Source: Haplodiscus bocki (lineage: Eukaryota). From it: DNA of 64,000 nucleotides. The notes beneath the pieces were generated by a model. That model ran no database searches. It was given only the letters and a program-made list of their open reading frames with translations, and was not told the origin of the DNA. Numbering within the stretch: the first letter of the stretch is position 1; each line of letters begins with the position of its first letter. Positions 1-12,945 of the stretch are shown piece after piece. The position numbers were made by a program, and so were the translations under genes. The stretch spans positions 61,876,001 through 61,940,000 of the forward strand of contig OZ296655.1 in NCBI GenBank assembly GCA_965655095.1, in the 5' to 3' direction.

Positions 1-899
1 CAAAAATTTTGAACAAAAATTTCTGAATCCGTTTTCCGTTCACAAAAAATGTAACTTCTCGCCCAAAGTTTTTGAGGGTGGTGAAACACAAAAAACATTA
101 CTCAACAAAGTTTTCAGTTATCATGAGAACTACAGATTTAGACGAGCTCCTGGAGGCAAAGCACAAGTAATTGCGAGCCAAAAATTCAAACAATTTAGGT
201 AAAAAATGGTTTTTCAATATGTTCGGGCGGAAGAAACCACAAATGTGGAAAGTTTCGAGCGAAAAGTTATATCACAGTGTTTTGGATTTTAAAATGAAAG
301 AATATCCCGCTTGGTACCATAAATTCTGACAAATTAGCGTTTGGAAAAAGGTTTTTGGCAGACGCCGCCAAAAGTACAAAAATAGAAAGAGAACAGAAAA
401 CCAAAAAAAAGACAGAAAGTCGATATCAGGGCTTTCCTGTCTCAATCGACGCATCAAAAGATGGATTTGTTCTCGTTTTCAGACTTTTGTGGTTTAAATT
501 ACCAGCATAAAAGATCTGATGAAGGACAAAGTTAAAGAAACTTGATGTACTAACTGTTTGTGAAAGCCCAGGTACGTAACTTGCTTTATGCTCTTTTGCG
601 GTGTTTTGAGTGATCTAGTAACTCATGTCATATTCATTTTCAAGTAAGAATAAACTTTAGGTTTACCGAGAAGCCAGAGTTTTTCTACTCGTGAGTTCGC
701 GCAGAAAATTGAAATTTTGCAAAATTACAAATTCGGATATCCACCACGATTTGCTTAACGTCTTTTTTGCCACTAAGTTCGCTGAAAAAGCTTCAAAACA
801 AAATTCCAACAATGAATTTTAGAAGGGTTTCCGTTATACTTTCATATCATATCAAGTTTTGAAAAAGTTTTGTTTCCGTTATCTTTCAATAGATCCGGC

Positions 900-3800
900 C
901 TATTATGGTACGGATCTATTCTTGTAAAATGGGAGGTTTCGACTACAATTGTAAAGAATAAATGTTTTAGCAAGGCAACTACACGCTCTAAAATTTCTTC
1001 GATTAATATTATTCTCGATGAACTTTAGCGGTCCTCTTATTGAGGCAGTTGTTTGTCCATATATTGAAAAAAAACTTTCTATAGCGTTTCGCTCTTCCAC
1101 TTCTTCGGACCATTTCACCTGGTCCTTACCTTGCCGTTCCGGTGATTGTATTTCTATAAATGTGAAATTGGTACTAAACCGTTAACAATGAGAATTTGCA
1201 TTCTAATGGTCCGTTGGTCATGCTGTTCATAGTTTTTCTGGTGGTCTTCGTTCCGGATTTCCCTAATTTTCGGCCTAGATTGCCAACTCCTTTTTTATAT
1301 CAATAACTGCTGTACTTTCTTGTTACTCACCTTCTTCCGTTGATGATATAAAATGTGGCGATCTCAGCATTTCGTCCATCTCAATGGTCTTTTGGGGCTG
1401 TTACTGTTCTGCTGTTGCTTACTATTGGTGTCACTGTTTTCCCTCTTCATCGTAGCTTGTCCTAAGACCGCCGTGATCGCCCTGTTTTTGTTTCCATTTT
1501 TGCAAATATGCGGCCCCGTAGTTGCCATGGGGCTGAAACAGCAAAGGTTTTGTTGACCAATTGATAATCGACCAATTGTGTAATCTTTGGTTATTTTAGG
1601 TTGTTACCAATTGCTGTGATTCGGATATTGTTTTTTGTAGATTGCGTTCGTATCTGCTGTTGAAAGCTTTGAAGGAAAAGCTACCTCGGTGTTTTTTTTC
1701 GCTCAAATTCATAAGTTGGAAGGAAAATCATCCGCTCAAAGCGCTGAAATGCGACTTTTTTCTGCAGTTGACTGACCAATCGACAATGTCTGACTAGAAA
1801 CTAGTCTCCCAACCTGACCTCGAAAATGTCCTCGTCATTTTATAGCAGTTTTGTTGTAAAACGAGACCGGAATAAAATTTAATCTCAAAGTTTTGCGAAT
1901 GTTTTTGAAAAGAAATCCGGGTCTCCTGCAGGAATACCTCAATTTCTCTCGAAGGAGGAAAGATGGCAAATTCGGTAGAGACTGGGTATCAAATGATTTT
2001 TTTCCTAAAATTGACATTTCGCTTCATAAGTTCGGCAAAAAACTGAGGAAAGTTTGAGGTTTCGAAGGTTTAGAAAATACGATGAAAAAAGAGAGTAATT
2101 AAAACAAAACCAAAATACCTTCAAAATGCATCTCTAGAGAAAATTTGGAGTCGTGGAAAAGATTGATGGTATGTAGCAGTCATGTTACGGAAATTTCGAT
2201 TTTAGACTGACATGTTGTTCCTAATTATTGAATCATTTTTCACAGTAACATAACCGAGGTCACTTTCCTCACGGCTATTTCACTTTGTTCGGTGAAGTTC
2301 CCGCTGCCGTGCCTCACCATAGACTAAATTATTAGATTCCTTGACAAAGAAGTGTTTTCCCAGTTAGATGACAAAAGTCGGTTTTGTACTGAATGTACTG
2401 ATGAAGACCGTTCGCGCGATTTCATAACAAAATGCAAATCAAACGGTGTTAGTGTACTGGCCAGGTAGGTAGTAAAGCTCGTTACGCAAAACGCGTGCTC
2501 ACCCTTCTTCTATTTTTTGGGCGTCCACCAAATTGGTTTATAGGAATCCAACAAGTGTTTTCTCTGATCTCTCGACCAATCCGTTTGCGGTATGTTTATA
2601 CGTTAGTCGTCGGATTTCTTTTATACCGACTGTTTTGCACAAAACTTTGGGATCTTGTCTTCTGAAAGCGGTTCTATCAGGGTTTTGAAATTGAAACCGA
2701 GTCTGAACGAGAAGCATCTCATCTTCGTTGGGGATTTTCTACAAGTCTTTTGCTCGAAGCCAACTACCAAAGCGTGGTCTGCTTCCACCAAAACCGATAG
2801 AATTCCGGATGAGCGAAGTGTGAAGCATTCCAGACCCATTGCCGCATGCCAGACAGTACAACTATGTCATCAAAAAGAATTATTTTGAAAACGTATAGAC
2901 ATTCGGCTGTGGAATCAATAATAGTCTTGTGTTATCAGTTTGTCGTTGTTTGTTTTGAGGCCTATTAGTGTTGTGATCAGATTTCACCTCTGGCCGTTTC
3001 TCTTGTTAAAAGCAGTCAAGAAACCAACTCGGCCAGTTTGGCGTTTTTCTCCGTTTCTACATGTGATGTTGATCGGTGGTTCCTTTTTGGAGTTATTTCG
3101 GATTCACTTCACAATCATGATATTCTCAGAGCTGCAATCTTGCGCTCTCACCAACGAGAAAATGGTTTCCTGTAAACTCCTCTCCAGTGTCACATACAAC
3201 GAACTTCTCCCGGTGTGAACAATTTTCTGTTCGAAAGTTGAATTATAGTGGTCTCTCGTGGGATTCTTTTCTTGCATGCCAGGCCTGGTCCAACAGTTGA
3301 ACACCAATTTCATCTATTCATTTCTTTTCCATTGGATCACGTTTTCTCGGCGCTCCAAAATTTTTTCCGTATCCTTCCTTCTTCAAGTGTCCTTTACCCG
3401 ATTGTGCAAATTTGAATCTTTGGTGCTCTAGTTTTCTCTTGATCAGTTAATCGTTCCGGTTCTGGAGAAGTATCTATAGTCGTCTGGTATATAAGTGTCT
3501 TTAGTGCAATAGTTGGCTGGTTTTCACGGAGTGAAGTTTCACTTTGTTTTTTGACACCAGTTTTTTCCGCGGTCGCTGTTCGCCGCTCGATGTCATTACT
3601 TCATGTTTGTTTGCCCTGAGTCGTTGCGCATGGAAACCTTAATGAAAGTCACGTTTTGCCTCTTCCACTCCATTCGCTCGCACGTTGGTACGAACCCGTC
3701 ACATACATACTCTTCATCCAATGCATGCCAATATCTGCTTCCGACTGCTTGGATAATCAGTCAAATTAGTTTCACTCCTCGCGTTATGCTGTTGTAACTT

Positions 3801-6100
3801 TACATCACAGTGTGAAAATACGCCTAAGAAGGTTTTTAATTTTTTTGTTTTCTTTTGGGGTAGAGCTTCAGTTTTTCAGTTGCGTTTGTTTTCTTCCAAT
3901 GTGATTTAATACAGTGTCCTGATGTGTCGTTATTGCTGTTCTTGTTAAACAAATTTTCGTTTTCTGGAGATTTTTTCAAAACTCATCGTGTTCTAGCTTT
4001 TCAAACAATCTCTGCAGTTCGGACACATGTTCTTGTTTTAATCCTACGATATCATCGTTGATGTCGAGCTAGGCGACGATCATACAACTTGGTGTTTTTG
4101 GAAAAGCCTCCTTAAAATTTGTGAAAAATGAGGATAATCTGTATTTTTCTAATCGGTAGTTCCTGTTTAGTTTTACCACACTTTTTGAAAATCACCAACG
4201 TTTGGTCGCTTCAGTGCCTTTTTCTATTTGTTCGTAGTCGTCTTCTGAAGCAAACGTTAGAATAAAGATTTCATTTCTTTCGTCTTAGAAACTTTTTGAT
4301 GACATTGGTTTCATGAAATCTGCCTTGTTTGACATTCGTAGCTGTCTTTTGTTGTAGTTATTTTTTTGAGTCTAGTGTAATGTTTACCTTTTAGTCGTTG
4401 TTTATGGTGAATGCGGTGGGTCAATTGAATGTGTTTTTTGTTGCTCTCACGAGTTTTACAATGTGTTTTTCTTTGTGAGGTGTGTTAGTTTCTTCCCAGA
4501 CTGCTTCTTGTAAATGAACCGGCACCAGTTTTGCTCTTTGTTGGATCAGTACAAACGGCATTTTGGATTTTTTTCTGAATTTTTTTGCCGTTGATTATTT
4601 TGTTGTTTTTGTGATGCTGTACTTTGCATGCATTTGATTGTCTATTTTGTCCACTATTTTTTTGTCGGTTCTGTTGCTTTGGCATGATTGGCCCTCAGTT
4701 GGAAACATAAAACGTCGAACTGATATAAACCATGCAACGGTGTAAAATTTTCACGGCTTGAAACAATTATTGGTAAATATTTTCCTTTATCAACGTTTTC
4801 AACTTTGACGGTTTCTGACCTCCGAAATTGACTTCATTTTTGATGATATCAGGGTTTTATCTTTCTCCGTCTTTTCAACGTATCTTAATTTAGGGCTTCT
4901 GTTGGCTTTCCTCTTAATGTTTTAATTAATGATACCGTATCAGTTATGAAATCGTTTATTTTACCGAAGGTTTTGTAGATATATACTCTTCCCATTCCAA
5001 TTTGTCCGCTTGGTTGAATAAGTTGGATCCGTTGGTACCGGTTTTTTGTTCTTTCCAGTTCTTCTTGCTCGATTCGATTTATTTGTTTTGTGCCGCATAC
5101 TCTTGCCAAATGGCCATTGTTTTGGCACTTATTGCAGTTTCCTTTTTCCCTTTTTCCGCCGGAATTCATGTTCGGGCGTCCATTTTTGCGTTCCACGAAA
5201 ATAGTTTTGTGCTGTTCAAGTGTATTTTTGCTTCCTTTATCAAATTCTGTATGGCTTTTTCCTGTTTTATTTCAATATGGGGGTATGTTTTTGTACCGTG
5301 TCTTCTCCGGGTGTGTGTTTAGTCCAAATCCACCCGTGACTAGTTCCACGATGATCACCGTTTCAACAAAGCTTTTTGCCCTAGCTTGGTGTGTGTAGTG
5401 AATGTATTAAGTTTAGAAACCATCAATTCTGCCACTGCAATATTTTTATATGTGCACGCCTTCCGTAATTGACATAAATTTTTCCGATGATCTTTCGGTT
5501 TTTGCATTGATTTTTATATTGTCCAAAGGAAGTTCCCCGCATCTGCTGTAAAAAGAACCTGCTTGGGTCAGTGTTTTCGACAGACTGTAAATAACTGCAA
5601 GAGGTGTATGTCGGAACTTTTCTCAACATGTTTCGTGTAGCGCGAAAGGCCTAAAGGAAATAATTCCTATTTTTGAGTTGGATCTCTTTGTTTTTCTTGT
5701 CATTTTGTCCCTCAACATCGAGTCTATAACTATGTCATACAATTTGTTGGTACGTCGTTGAAACCATTTCAGCCATTTTTTCATTTGAATGTTTGTGTTA
5801 CGTCACGTTTGAACAACTCGAAGTACGTTTACGATACGTTTTCGTTGTTCTCTATCATTTCACGGTTGGAAAACCGGTTGACTGGGCCATGTCATACCTT
5901 CAAATCAATCAAAGTTTCAACAGAGTTATGTATCCGGTAAATATTGTTTAATCTTTTTCACGGTATGGAATTAATTATTTCAACTAGTAGGTTTCGAATA
6001 TACTTGGAACAAACAAATAAGTAAACAACAACTATACGCTGTATAGTTGAACTTTTAATATTTATCTCGTAGATTTTCAGGTTTCTTCTCATTCACCAGG
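900..6100 (-). mobile_element. Degenerate Ty3/Gypsy LTR retrotransposon (gag-pro-RT-partial RNaseH-integrase), LTRs not resolved
   Basis: Minus-strand translation: Gag zinc knuckle CNKCQNNGHLARVC (5095-5136); protease-like FITDTVSLI (~4930-4950); RT-like A*LDINDDIV...EHVSELQRLFEKLE (~3990-4080); RNaseH C-terminal NLTDYPS (~3750); integrase ANGLVERS (~2565-2590) and TPFDLHF (~2430-2450). Many stops and frameshifts. Ends approximate. Confidence 0.8.
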
Positions 6101-6229
6101 TTGTTTGTAGATGAATTGAATAGACTGTTTTCTGTCACAATGTTGAAGAGTTGTTTATTTTTGAGCATATTTAATTATGGAATGAAAATCATCCACCCAA
6201 TGCGTGCGCTGTTTCAACATTTGCTTGCC

Positions 6230-6560
6230 AATTGATTATTTTTCAGTATCCGATGGTTCCGAATTTGGGATTTTTTTCATGCCGAGTTATAGCGAATTTG
6301 TTGTTAGAATGCGACTTTAATAAAACGATTTCTCGAAAAAGTACGCGAATGGTTTGTTTTTGAGAAAAAGATGAGTTTCTTGAATTAAACTTGAGTTTTT
6401 TCAAAATCAGTGAAGGTGGCAACTTTGATGTAGAATGCGCATCTAATGATATTGTTTTTCAAGAGTGTCGTTATTTCACCTAAGTTGAGGTATTGTAAAA
6501 AAAATCATAACTTTTTCAAAAGCTTGGAAAGTTGAAGATTTTTTTTCCAAAAAGAAAATT
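6230..6560 (+). repeat. Copy of a diverged interspersed repeat (other copies ~1840-2080 on +, ~11140-11390 on -)
   Basis: gaaggtggcaactttgatgtagaatgcgcatctaatgatattgtttttc...taagttg (6412 on) aligns by eye with gaaagatggcaaattcggtagagactgggtatcaaatgatttttttc...taagttc (~1958 on) and with the reverse complement of 11150-11370. Confidence 0.55.
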
Positions 6561-8539
6561 ATCATCATTCTAAAAAGCATCTTTAACATAGTGTGCGGGC
6601 AGAAAATGTCCCAGTGGTAGCTTGTTGTCTTGTTGGATTCTTTTATTGAGCTCTAACCATGTTTTTGTAGTCCTCTGACTCATTTTCAGTCGTTTGTTTC
6701 TTTTCTGAATGTAAACAACTGTTGATTTCTTCACCTGAAGTTTCAAAACGTTGGTGCCTCCATATGTTCACCAATCAGTTCAAAAACTACTTAATATGAA
6801 GCCTCAGAGCCACTCTCCTGCTTTAAAAAATCTGTGGCACAAAATGATTCATTTGTTGTATTTTTATTCAAATCTAATCTTTAGTTATTTTCCAAAGATT
6901 TCGGATAATTACTTAGACGTTGCTGCTAAAGCAGGCTTTCTTTAAAACATTTGAGTATATGTGTTATATTCCCTCAAAAAGTTTCTTTTCAAAAGTTTAT
7001 GCATCCGATAGAGTAAATGTAGTTTCTGGGATTTTGAATTTCAGTTTTTTGTGAAATTGATGTCTGAGATCTTTCGCAGAGTCGCCTTTTTTATACTTTT
7101 GATTGAAGATCATTTGAGACTTCGTGGCAGAACACTTACGAGAATCACAGCTTTTGCTTTTTTTTCACCGAGCTTGAGACAGATTCATTGAGATATCTCA
7201 AATATAGCTTACTTCAGATCATGTTCTGTTGAACATCTCAATTCGTCATAGAAAGCTGTGTCATCCACAAAAGATTATACTGCATTTTCTCCAAGTTTCG
7301 ACAAATATAAAATGAATAATTGTGATTCATGTATTGAATACATTTGCGGAGATGACCGGGGTCCACTGTCTCTTTATGAATGCCAAGGTGACGTAGCTTC
7401 TTTTTCCGCGGCAAAGGAGCAACGGTATCGAAATATTGGTGAACCAATTATCATTAAAGGGTGTTGAGCTAAACCGATAAATTACTCAAAGGATGAAGCT
7501 AGTGCATTCAAAGTTTGGGACTCATCTGAAAAAAAACTTACGGATACCATTAAAATCGTTAACTTTTACCCTTCCTTTTGTATCGAGCCATAGTTAAGTT
7601 TATTGGCAGGTTATTTCAAATCCTAGCCAAACAGTGAAGAATAATTTTGTAGCCACTCGAAGAAAACGGCTATATCTGCCACCCATACGGTAAACCTAAG
7701 CAAGTATTGTTTCACAACAATACAACCGCGAAGTGGCCGCAGTGGAACAGCTTAGAGACCTTGAGCTTTCTTGCTATTATGTTTAGTGACAATTTTCACC
7801 ATAAAAATGCATGGATCTGCCGCAATAGTTTGCAGAAAAAAGTGGGATAGAACTCAAAATCTGGGGAATGTTTTGTGCAATGATTTCGAGAGTTCATCGA
7901 AATTCTGATCATCTTGAGGGTGTTTGACGAAGAGAATCATCGGATTGATGGATTCGAAGTTTGAATAACTTTGTGCTTGGAGACCTTCGCAGGTTTATGT
8001 TTTGGATTCGAGGACAAGGCACAACTCAGTTTTTGATCAAACTGACGAATGACCAAATCAATACGATGGCATCTATACTAGCGTAATTTCAATAATCAGA
8101 TGCTACTTTTGAAAAGAGAAAGATTCATTTTCGGCAGTGCCATGAAATGAAAAATGCTGGAATTACCCGGGAAAAAGTAATTTTACTTAATTTGAGAAAG
8201 AAAATTAGTCTTTCTGTTTTGTATAGAGATTGTAGAAATTGGTATCATTCTAGCTTTCTGATACAGCTCAAAGGTATAAATTCCGAGTTCGATATTCTGA
8301 TTTGAAGTTCTCAAAATTGACTTCGGATGTCTTCACCGATGATTTTACAACTACTTCAAACACTAAAAACAAATTATTATTGGATTGAAAGTAATTCTTT
8401 GAAAGTTTCAATGGACAGCTTTTGCCCAAAACTGAGCAAGTAGAGTGTATAAGAATTCTCGCACAACAACTCTCATTCACAGTGAAAACAAAATCGAAGC
8501 ACTAAAAATTCACACAATTGGGGGACAAATTTCAAAACA

Positions 8540-10800
8540 CCACCCCTTGATGGAAGAATTGAAGCCAGTAGCTTTGAAGAAGTATGGGGTTTGAAATTCG
8601 AAAAAGTAACCATAATATTCGCAATTATTGACACTCTCGGCTGATCAAAAATCCAAAGTCAACCTAAGAATCGTCATCAAGTGTAAAATTGTCAGCTGAG
8701 ACCTTGATGGTACAATTCAAAGCCGTAGTTTCTGAATCTTGAGACAATTCTATAAAGATTGCACCTTTTGCTTTCTTTGGCCTACCAGGATTCCGATTCC
8801 AATGTAGGAAACAAACTCATAAATTAAAAATTTCAATAGTCTTCCACGAGTTAAAAGCAACAGCATTCACACCTTGATAGAAGATATGAAACAGAAACAG
8901 TTGAAGAAAATTGAGCTTGAAAATCGAGATATGTCAAGACTAATAGCACTTTCTGGCATTTCTTCTCCATCCGGATTCCGGTGCAAGGAATAAAATCAAT
9001 TACTTTCTGAACACATAATCATCCACAAGTAGATCACAGTCAATTGAATTCTTGCTGGAAGATGCCAATCCTGTAGTTATGGAGAACCGTGAGTTTGAAC
9101 AACGTGGTGATTTGTCAAAATTAAAGGCCTTCTCTGGAAATTTTTGACTATCGGAGTTTCTCTGCAAAGAACAGAATTGGTAATCTATCAATCGAGTACT
9201 GTTTTACAAGTAAGAAAAACATTTACTGCAAGCTTAGTGGAAGAAATCAAATCCGTGGTTATGGAGTAAACAGAATTTGAATATCGACTAACTTGAAAAA
9301 TTTTAGCGATTTTTGGCAGTTATGGATTATGAGAAATCCAACGCAAGAATTAAAATCAAAAACAGAATCAATTGAATCGACTTTAAAAAGTAGTGAAATC
9401 TCGATCAAAACCTGGATGAACGAAACCATGCCTGTCGATATAGAAAATTGGGCTTGAAAATTACAATTTTTCATAATTTGAAACCTTTTGTCATTTTCCA
9501 GCATCAGGATTCAGACAAAAAGAGCAAAAACGCTTTATTTTGTTTTCAAATGGTTCTTTTTCAGAGCAAAAAACTGTCGATAACAATCCTCAAGCAGGGT
9601 GTTTCAGAGAAACAAGTGTTTCAATAATGAGGAATATCAAAAATTATATCGATTTTTTGGCCTTTCCTCACTATTAGAAGTCCGATGCAAAAAATATAAC
9701 CAAAAGAATCAATCGACAGAACTTTTAAAGTAGAAAAAATCTTTTGATATCTAGAATAATGAAATTCAACCTATATACTCTAAGAAATGCGAGTTTTAAA
9801 ACCAATGTATGTCACTTTTAGTATTGTTTCCTGGGACAAAAGTTTTTCCTGGCATATGGGTTTTCAAGATTCAAACGCAAGGGAAAGAGCCAAACAATTT
9901 CATTTGAAAAAATTTTTAAAAGTAAAAAACTGGCTTTTGAGGCCTGGATGAGTGAGATCAAATCAGTAGTTTTTGAAAGATGAGGCTTCAAACATCGAAG
10001 TCAAAAGTGAAAGACTTCTAGGCTTTTTTTGCATGTAGTCAATACAATGTCAGCAGCGCAATGTGGTTAATTGTTTTATGCATTGTCCGCCACAGGTAAA
10101 GAACTGTCGATTGTGGACTTGGTGAAAGAAATAAAACCTGTACTTCTTAGGGAAGTTGAGTTTAAAAATCAGGTTATGTCATTAGAGAATTACTCTGAGG
10201 GCATCTTCGAACTATGATATTTTCAAGAGCCGGAACAAACCTGATATAGTTTCAGTTGTATAGATTTGCCCAAGTAGCAAATTGTCCATTGAGTTTTTGA
10301 GAGAAGTGAACAAGCATCTTTTTCTGGAGAAACATGACTCTGAATATCTTTTCAATAAAAATTGGCTTTTTTAGGCGTTTTGGGACTATCAGTATTCAAC
10401 ACCAGGGAGCAGAAACTTTGATTTTTAGTTTCGTTGTTTTTTTTGGAAGATATTTGTTGATTGCGACCTTAGTTGAAGAAATCAGACGTGTTGTTTAGGA
10501 GAAAAACGTGTTTCAAAAGGAGATAAATGAATGTTGACAGAACTTTTTTACATTTCTGGACTATCAAGAATCAAAGAAGAGGTTGAAAAACGGTCGGTAA
10601 TTTTCTCTCGCATTAGGTCTTTTTAAGTCCTAACATGTATATTGGGAAATTGATTGGAGAAATCCAACTGAATGTTTTGATGATAATTTGAATGTCAAGA
10701 TAATTTGAATGTCAAGGCATTCTTTGAAAGTTTCTGTGATCAGGATTCCGGCGCAGGGAACAAAATTTAATAATTTCCAATTTGAACGAACTCAAAAAAG
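8540..10800. repeat. Highly diverged tandem satellite, ~177-bp monomer, ~13 units
   Basis: Recurrent anchor similar to cttgatggaagaaatcaaacc.gtagtt.t.gagaa at ~8547, 8704, 8874, 9052, 9234, 9412, 9752, 9944, 10118, 10295, 10468, 10649 (spacing mostly 170-182 bp). Confidence 0.75.
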
Positions 10801-11139
10801 AGAATTGTCTGGTACCGCCCACAGGAAGGAATAGTACCCTTCTGTTTGGCGAACTGTGGGTTTCGACATCAAGGAAATTCAATAAAAGTTGCGCTTTTAG
10901 GCAGCCGCTATATGTTGGAATCACAGAATGAGATGTCCCAGCAAAAAACGCCTCGAGATGTATTGTGGTTTTTTGGCATTGGTGAGACCAAGATGGCAAG
11001 AAACCTGATACCAGAAAGCTGGAAAAAGTTCAGCCATTTACATTATTGTTCATTTTTCTTGCAAAATATAAACAAAATGGCCATCTACCACTGGCATGTT
11101 TTCGACCCACCAATTTTTCTAATACTGCTTTTTAAATAA

Positions 11140-11390
11140 ATGAAAGCGTTTTTTTCCAAAACCTTACAATTAGTGTGGAAAGACATTTTGAAAAAAGAAT
11201 ATCATTTAACCCACTTTCTTCTACAAATTCTCCAACTTTACCGGTTTCTGAAAAAAAATGGTTTTTTCCCATAAAAACACAACTCTTTCTTAAAAAAAAA
11301 CCAACTTTCTTACGCATTTGAGAAATTTTAATTTATCTGTCGCTTTCCACGGCGAGTTTGCCACAATTTGGTGATAAACAATTTTTAAAC
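11140..11390 (-). repeat. Inverted copy of the interspersed repeat at 6230-6560
   Basis: gacattttgaaaaaagaatatcattt...aaaaaaaccaactttcttacgcatttgagaaatt matches the reverse complement of 6300-6480 with moderate divergence. Confidence 0.55.
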
Positions 11391-12652
11391 TCAGAATCTA
11401 AGCATTCTGCCCGGACATTTGGTAAGTAAATGTAAAAAAAAACAATCTTGTTGAGTGGTTCATTTTCCTACCTTTTCCTAAAAATATGGCGGAAAATAGT
11501 AAATGTAATATAAAACCAATTTCGCGCATTAACGGAAACGCAAAATTTTTTCCGAAATTTTTGAAGGAAAAACATTTAGAAAGAACAATTCATTTCAGTT
11601 GTGTCGGAGAATGGATAATTTTTGAGATAGAAAGACCCAACTGCTAAAAGTCCTAAATTTTATCGCATTTGTCCACAAACTGGTAAGATTTCGTCGGTCT
11701 ATAACAGGAGCAACCAGAATAAACCAATATCTACTTTTTCTATCAATTTCTGTTTGACAACTATTTTTTGTAATATCAACTGTTTACAAGATAAAAAAGA
11801 TATTGATACCATTTGAACACTTCTATCATATACTGTAAATCATCATCCATTTGGTGGATTTTGAAGGCAAAAAGATTCAGTGCCGCCATGTCTTTACAGA
11901 GGCGACATTTTCAAAATCACAGAAAGGCTCTCCAACTGAAACAGTTAAGATACTCTTCCAGCATTCACAATTTAGTAGTTGGATATATTTGCATGTACCG
12001 AAAACTATTTACAGAGAAGGATTGTTAAACACTTCTGGTTCATTTTGTGATTATTGCTATGAAGTTGTAATGCTTACTGTAATTTGAAAAACCCATTTCT
12101 TTACTAATAGTATCTCTGAAAACTGTTTGACTTTCAACAGCTGAGCTGTAACTCAATGAAACGGTTGTAGAGCTAGCTGTTCACGAAAGGGGGAACAGGT
12201 GATAGATCCAAAAAAAATAAAAATAAACAAGCCAAGAATGTTTGGCGTCGCCCCAGTACGTCTAACAAAATTTTGAGAACTTGATGTTTTGAAATTTTAT
12301 TCTCAATGAAAATCAGTATACTCAAGTAAGTATACCAGCACTCTTTTTTTCGACGTAGCTTGGTGAGCGAGGCAAAAACAGAGTAGAGGATAATCGAGGG
12401 CACAAAAATTTAGTTATGGTGTGTTGAAAAAACACTTATTCGCTTATGAAGCGCATGTCGAAGAATTCAGTTGTTTGTATTCTCGAAAATTTTTGATACC
12501 AAAAAGAGAATATTAATTTTTTCTCATAATTGTTTTGTCCCGCAATGGGGGACCAAAATCGTAGAGAGGACCTTGTTGTGCTTGAAAATACTTTGGCTAC
12601 CAAGGGTTTTTGGTAAACTAATGGAAGGTATTACAGTTCTGGTGGAAAAATG

Positions 12653-12945
12653 GGACCAAGTGAACAATCTCTCCCCCCCCCCCCAAATGCTGCTAGGGGG
12701 GAGATAGTTCACTAGGTTACTGTAAGCAATCGATGCTAGAGAAACGAATATTCGTATCAGAGGCATCCAAGAGTATCAGAGGCATGCAATTAAGAGTATC
12801 ATTGTTGTTATTGACGCCAGGTAATTTTCTCCGAGAGTACCGAAGGCATGAATACGGACGATGTAGTGGTTCTCAAGTCACCGATTTCAATACTGATCAG
12901 CTACAGATAGCTAATATAGTCTGGGGGGGATTGTTCACTTGGTCC
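12653..12945. mobile_element. MITE / non-autonomous DNA transposon, 293 bp, ~22-bp TIRs, 8-bp TSD
   Basis: Left end ggaccaagtgaacaatctctcccc (12653); right end ggggggattgttcacttggtcc (ends 12945); identical flanks GAAAAATG at 12645-12652 and 12946-12953. Confidence 0.92.

Noticed and set aside
10682-10715. Perfect 17-bp direct duplication gataatttgaatgtcaa x2
   Set aside because: Simple local slippage or footprint inside the satellite; no further structure
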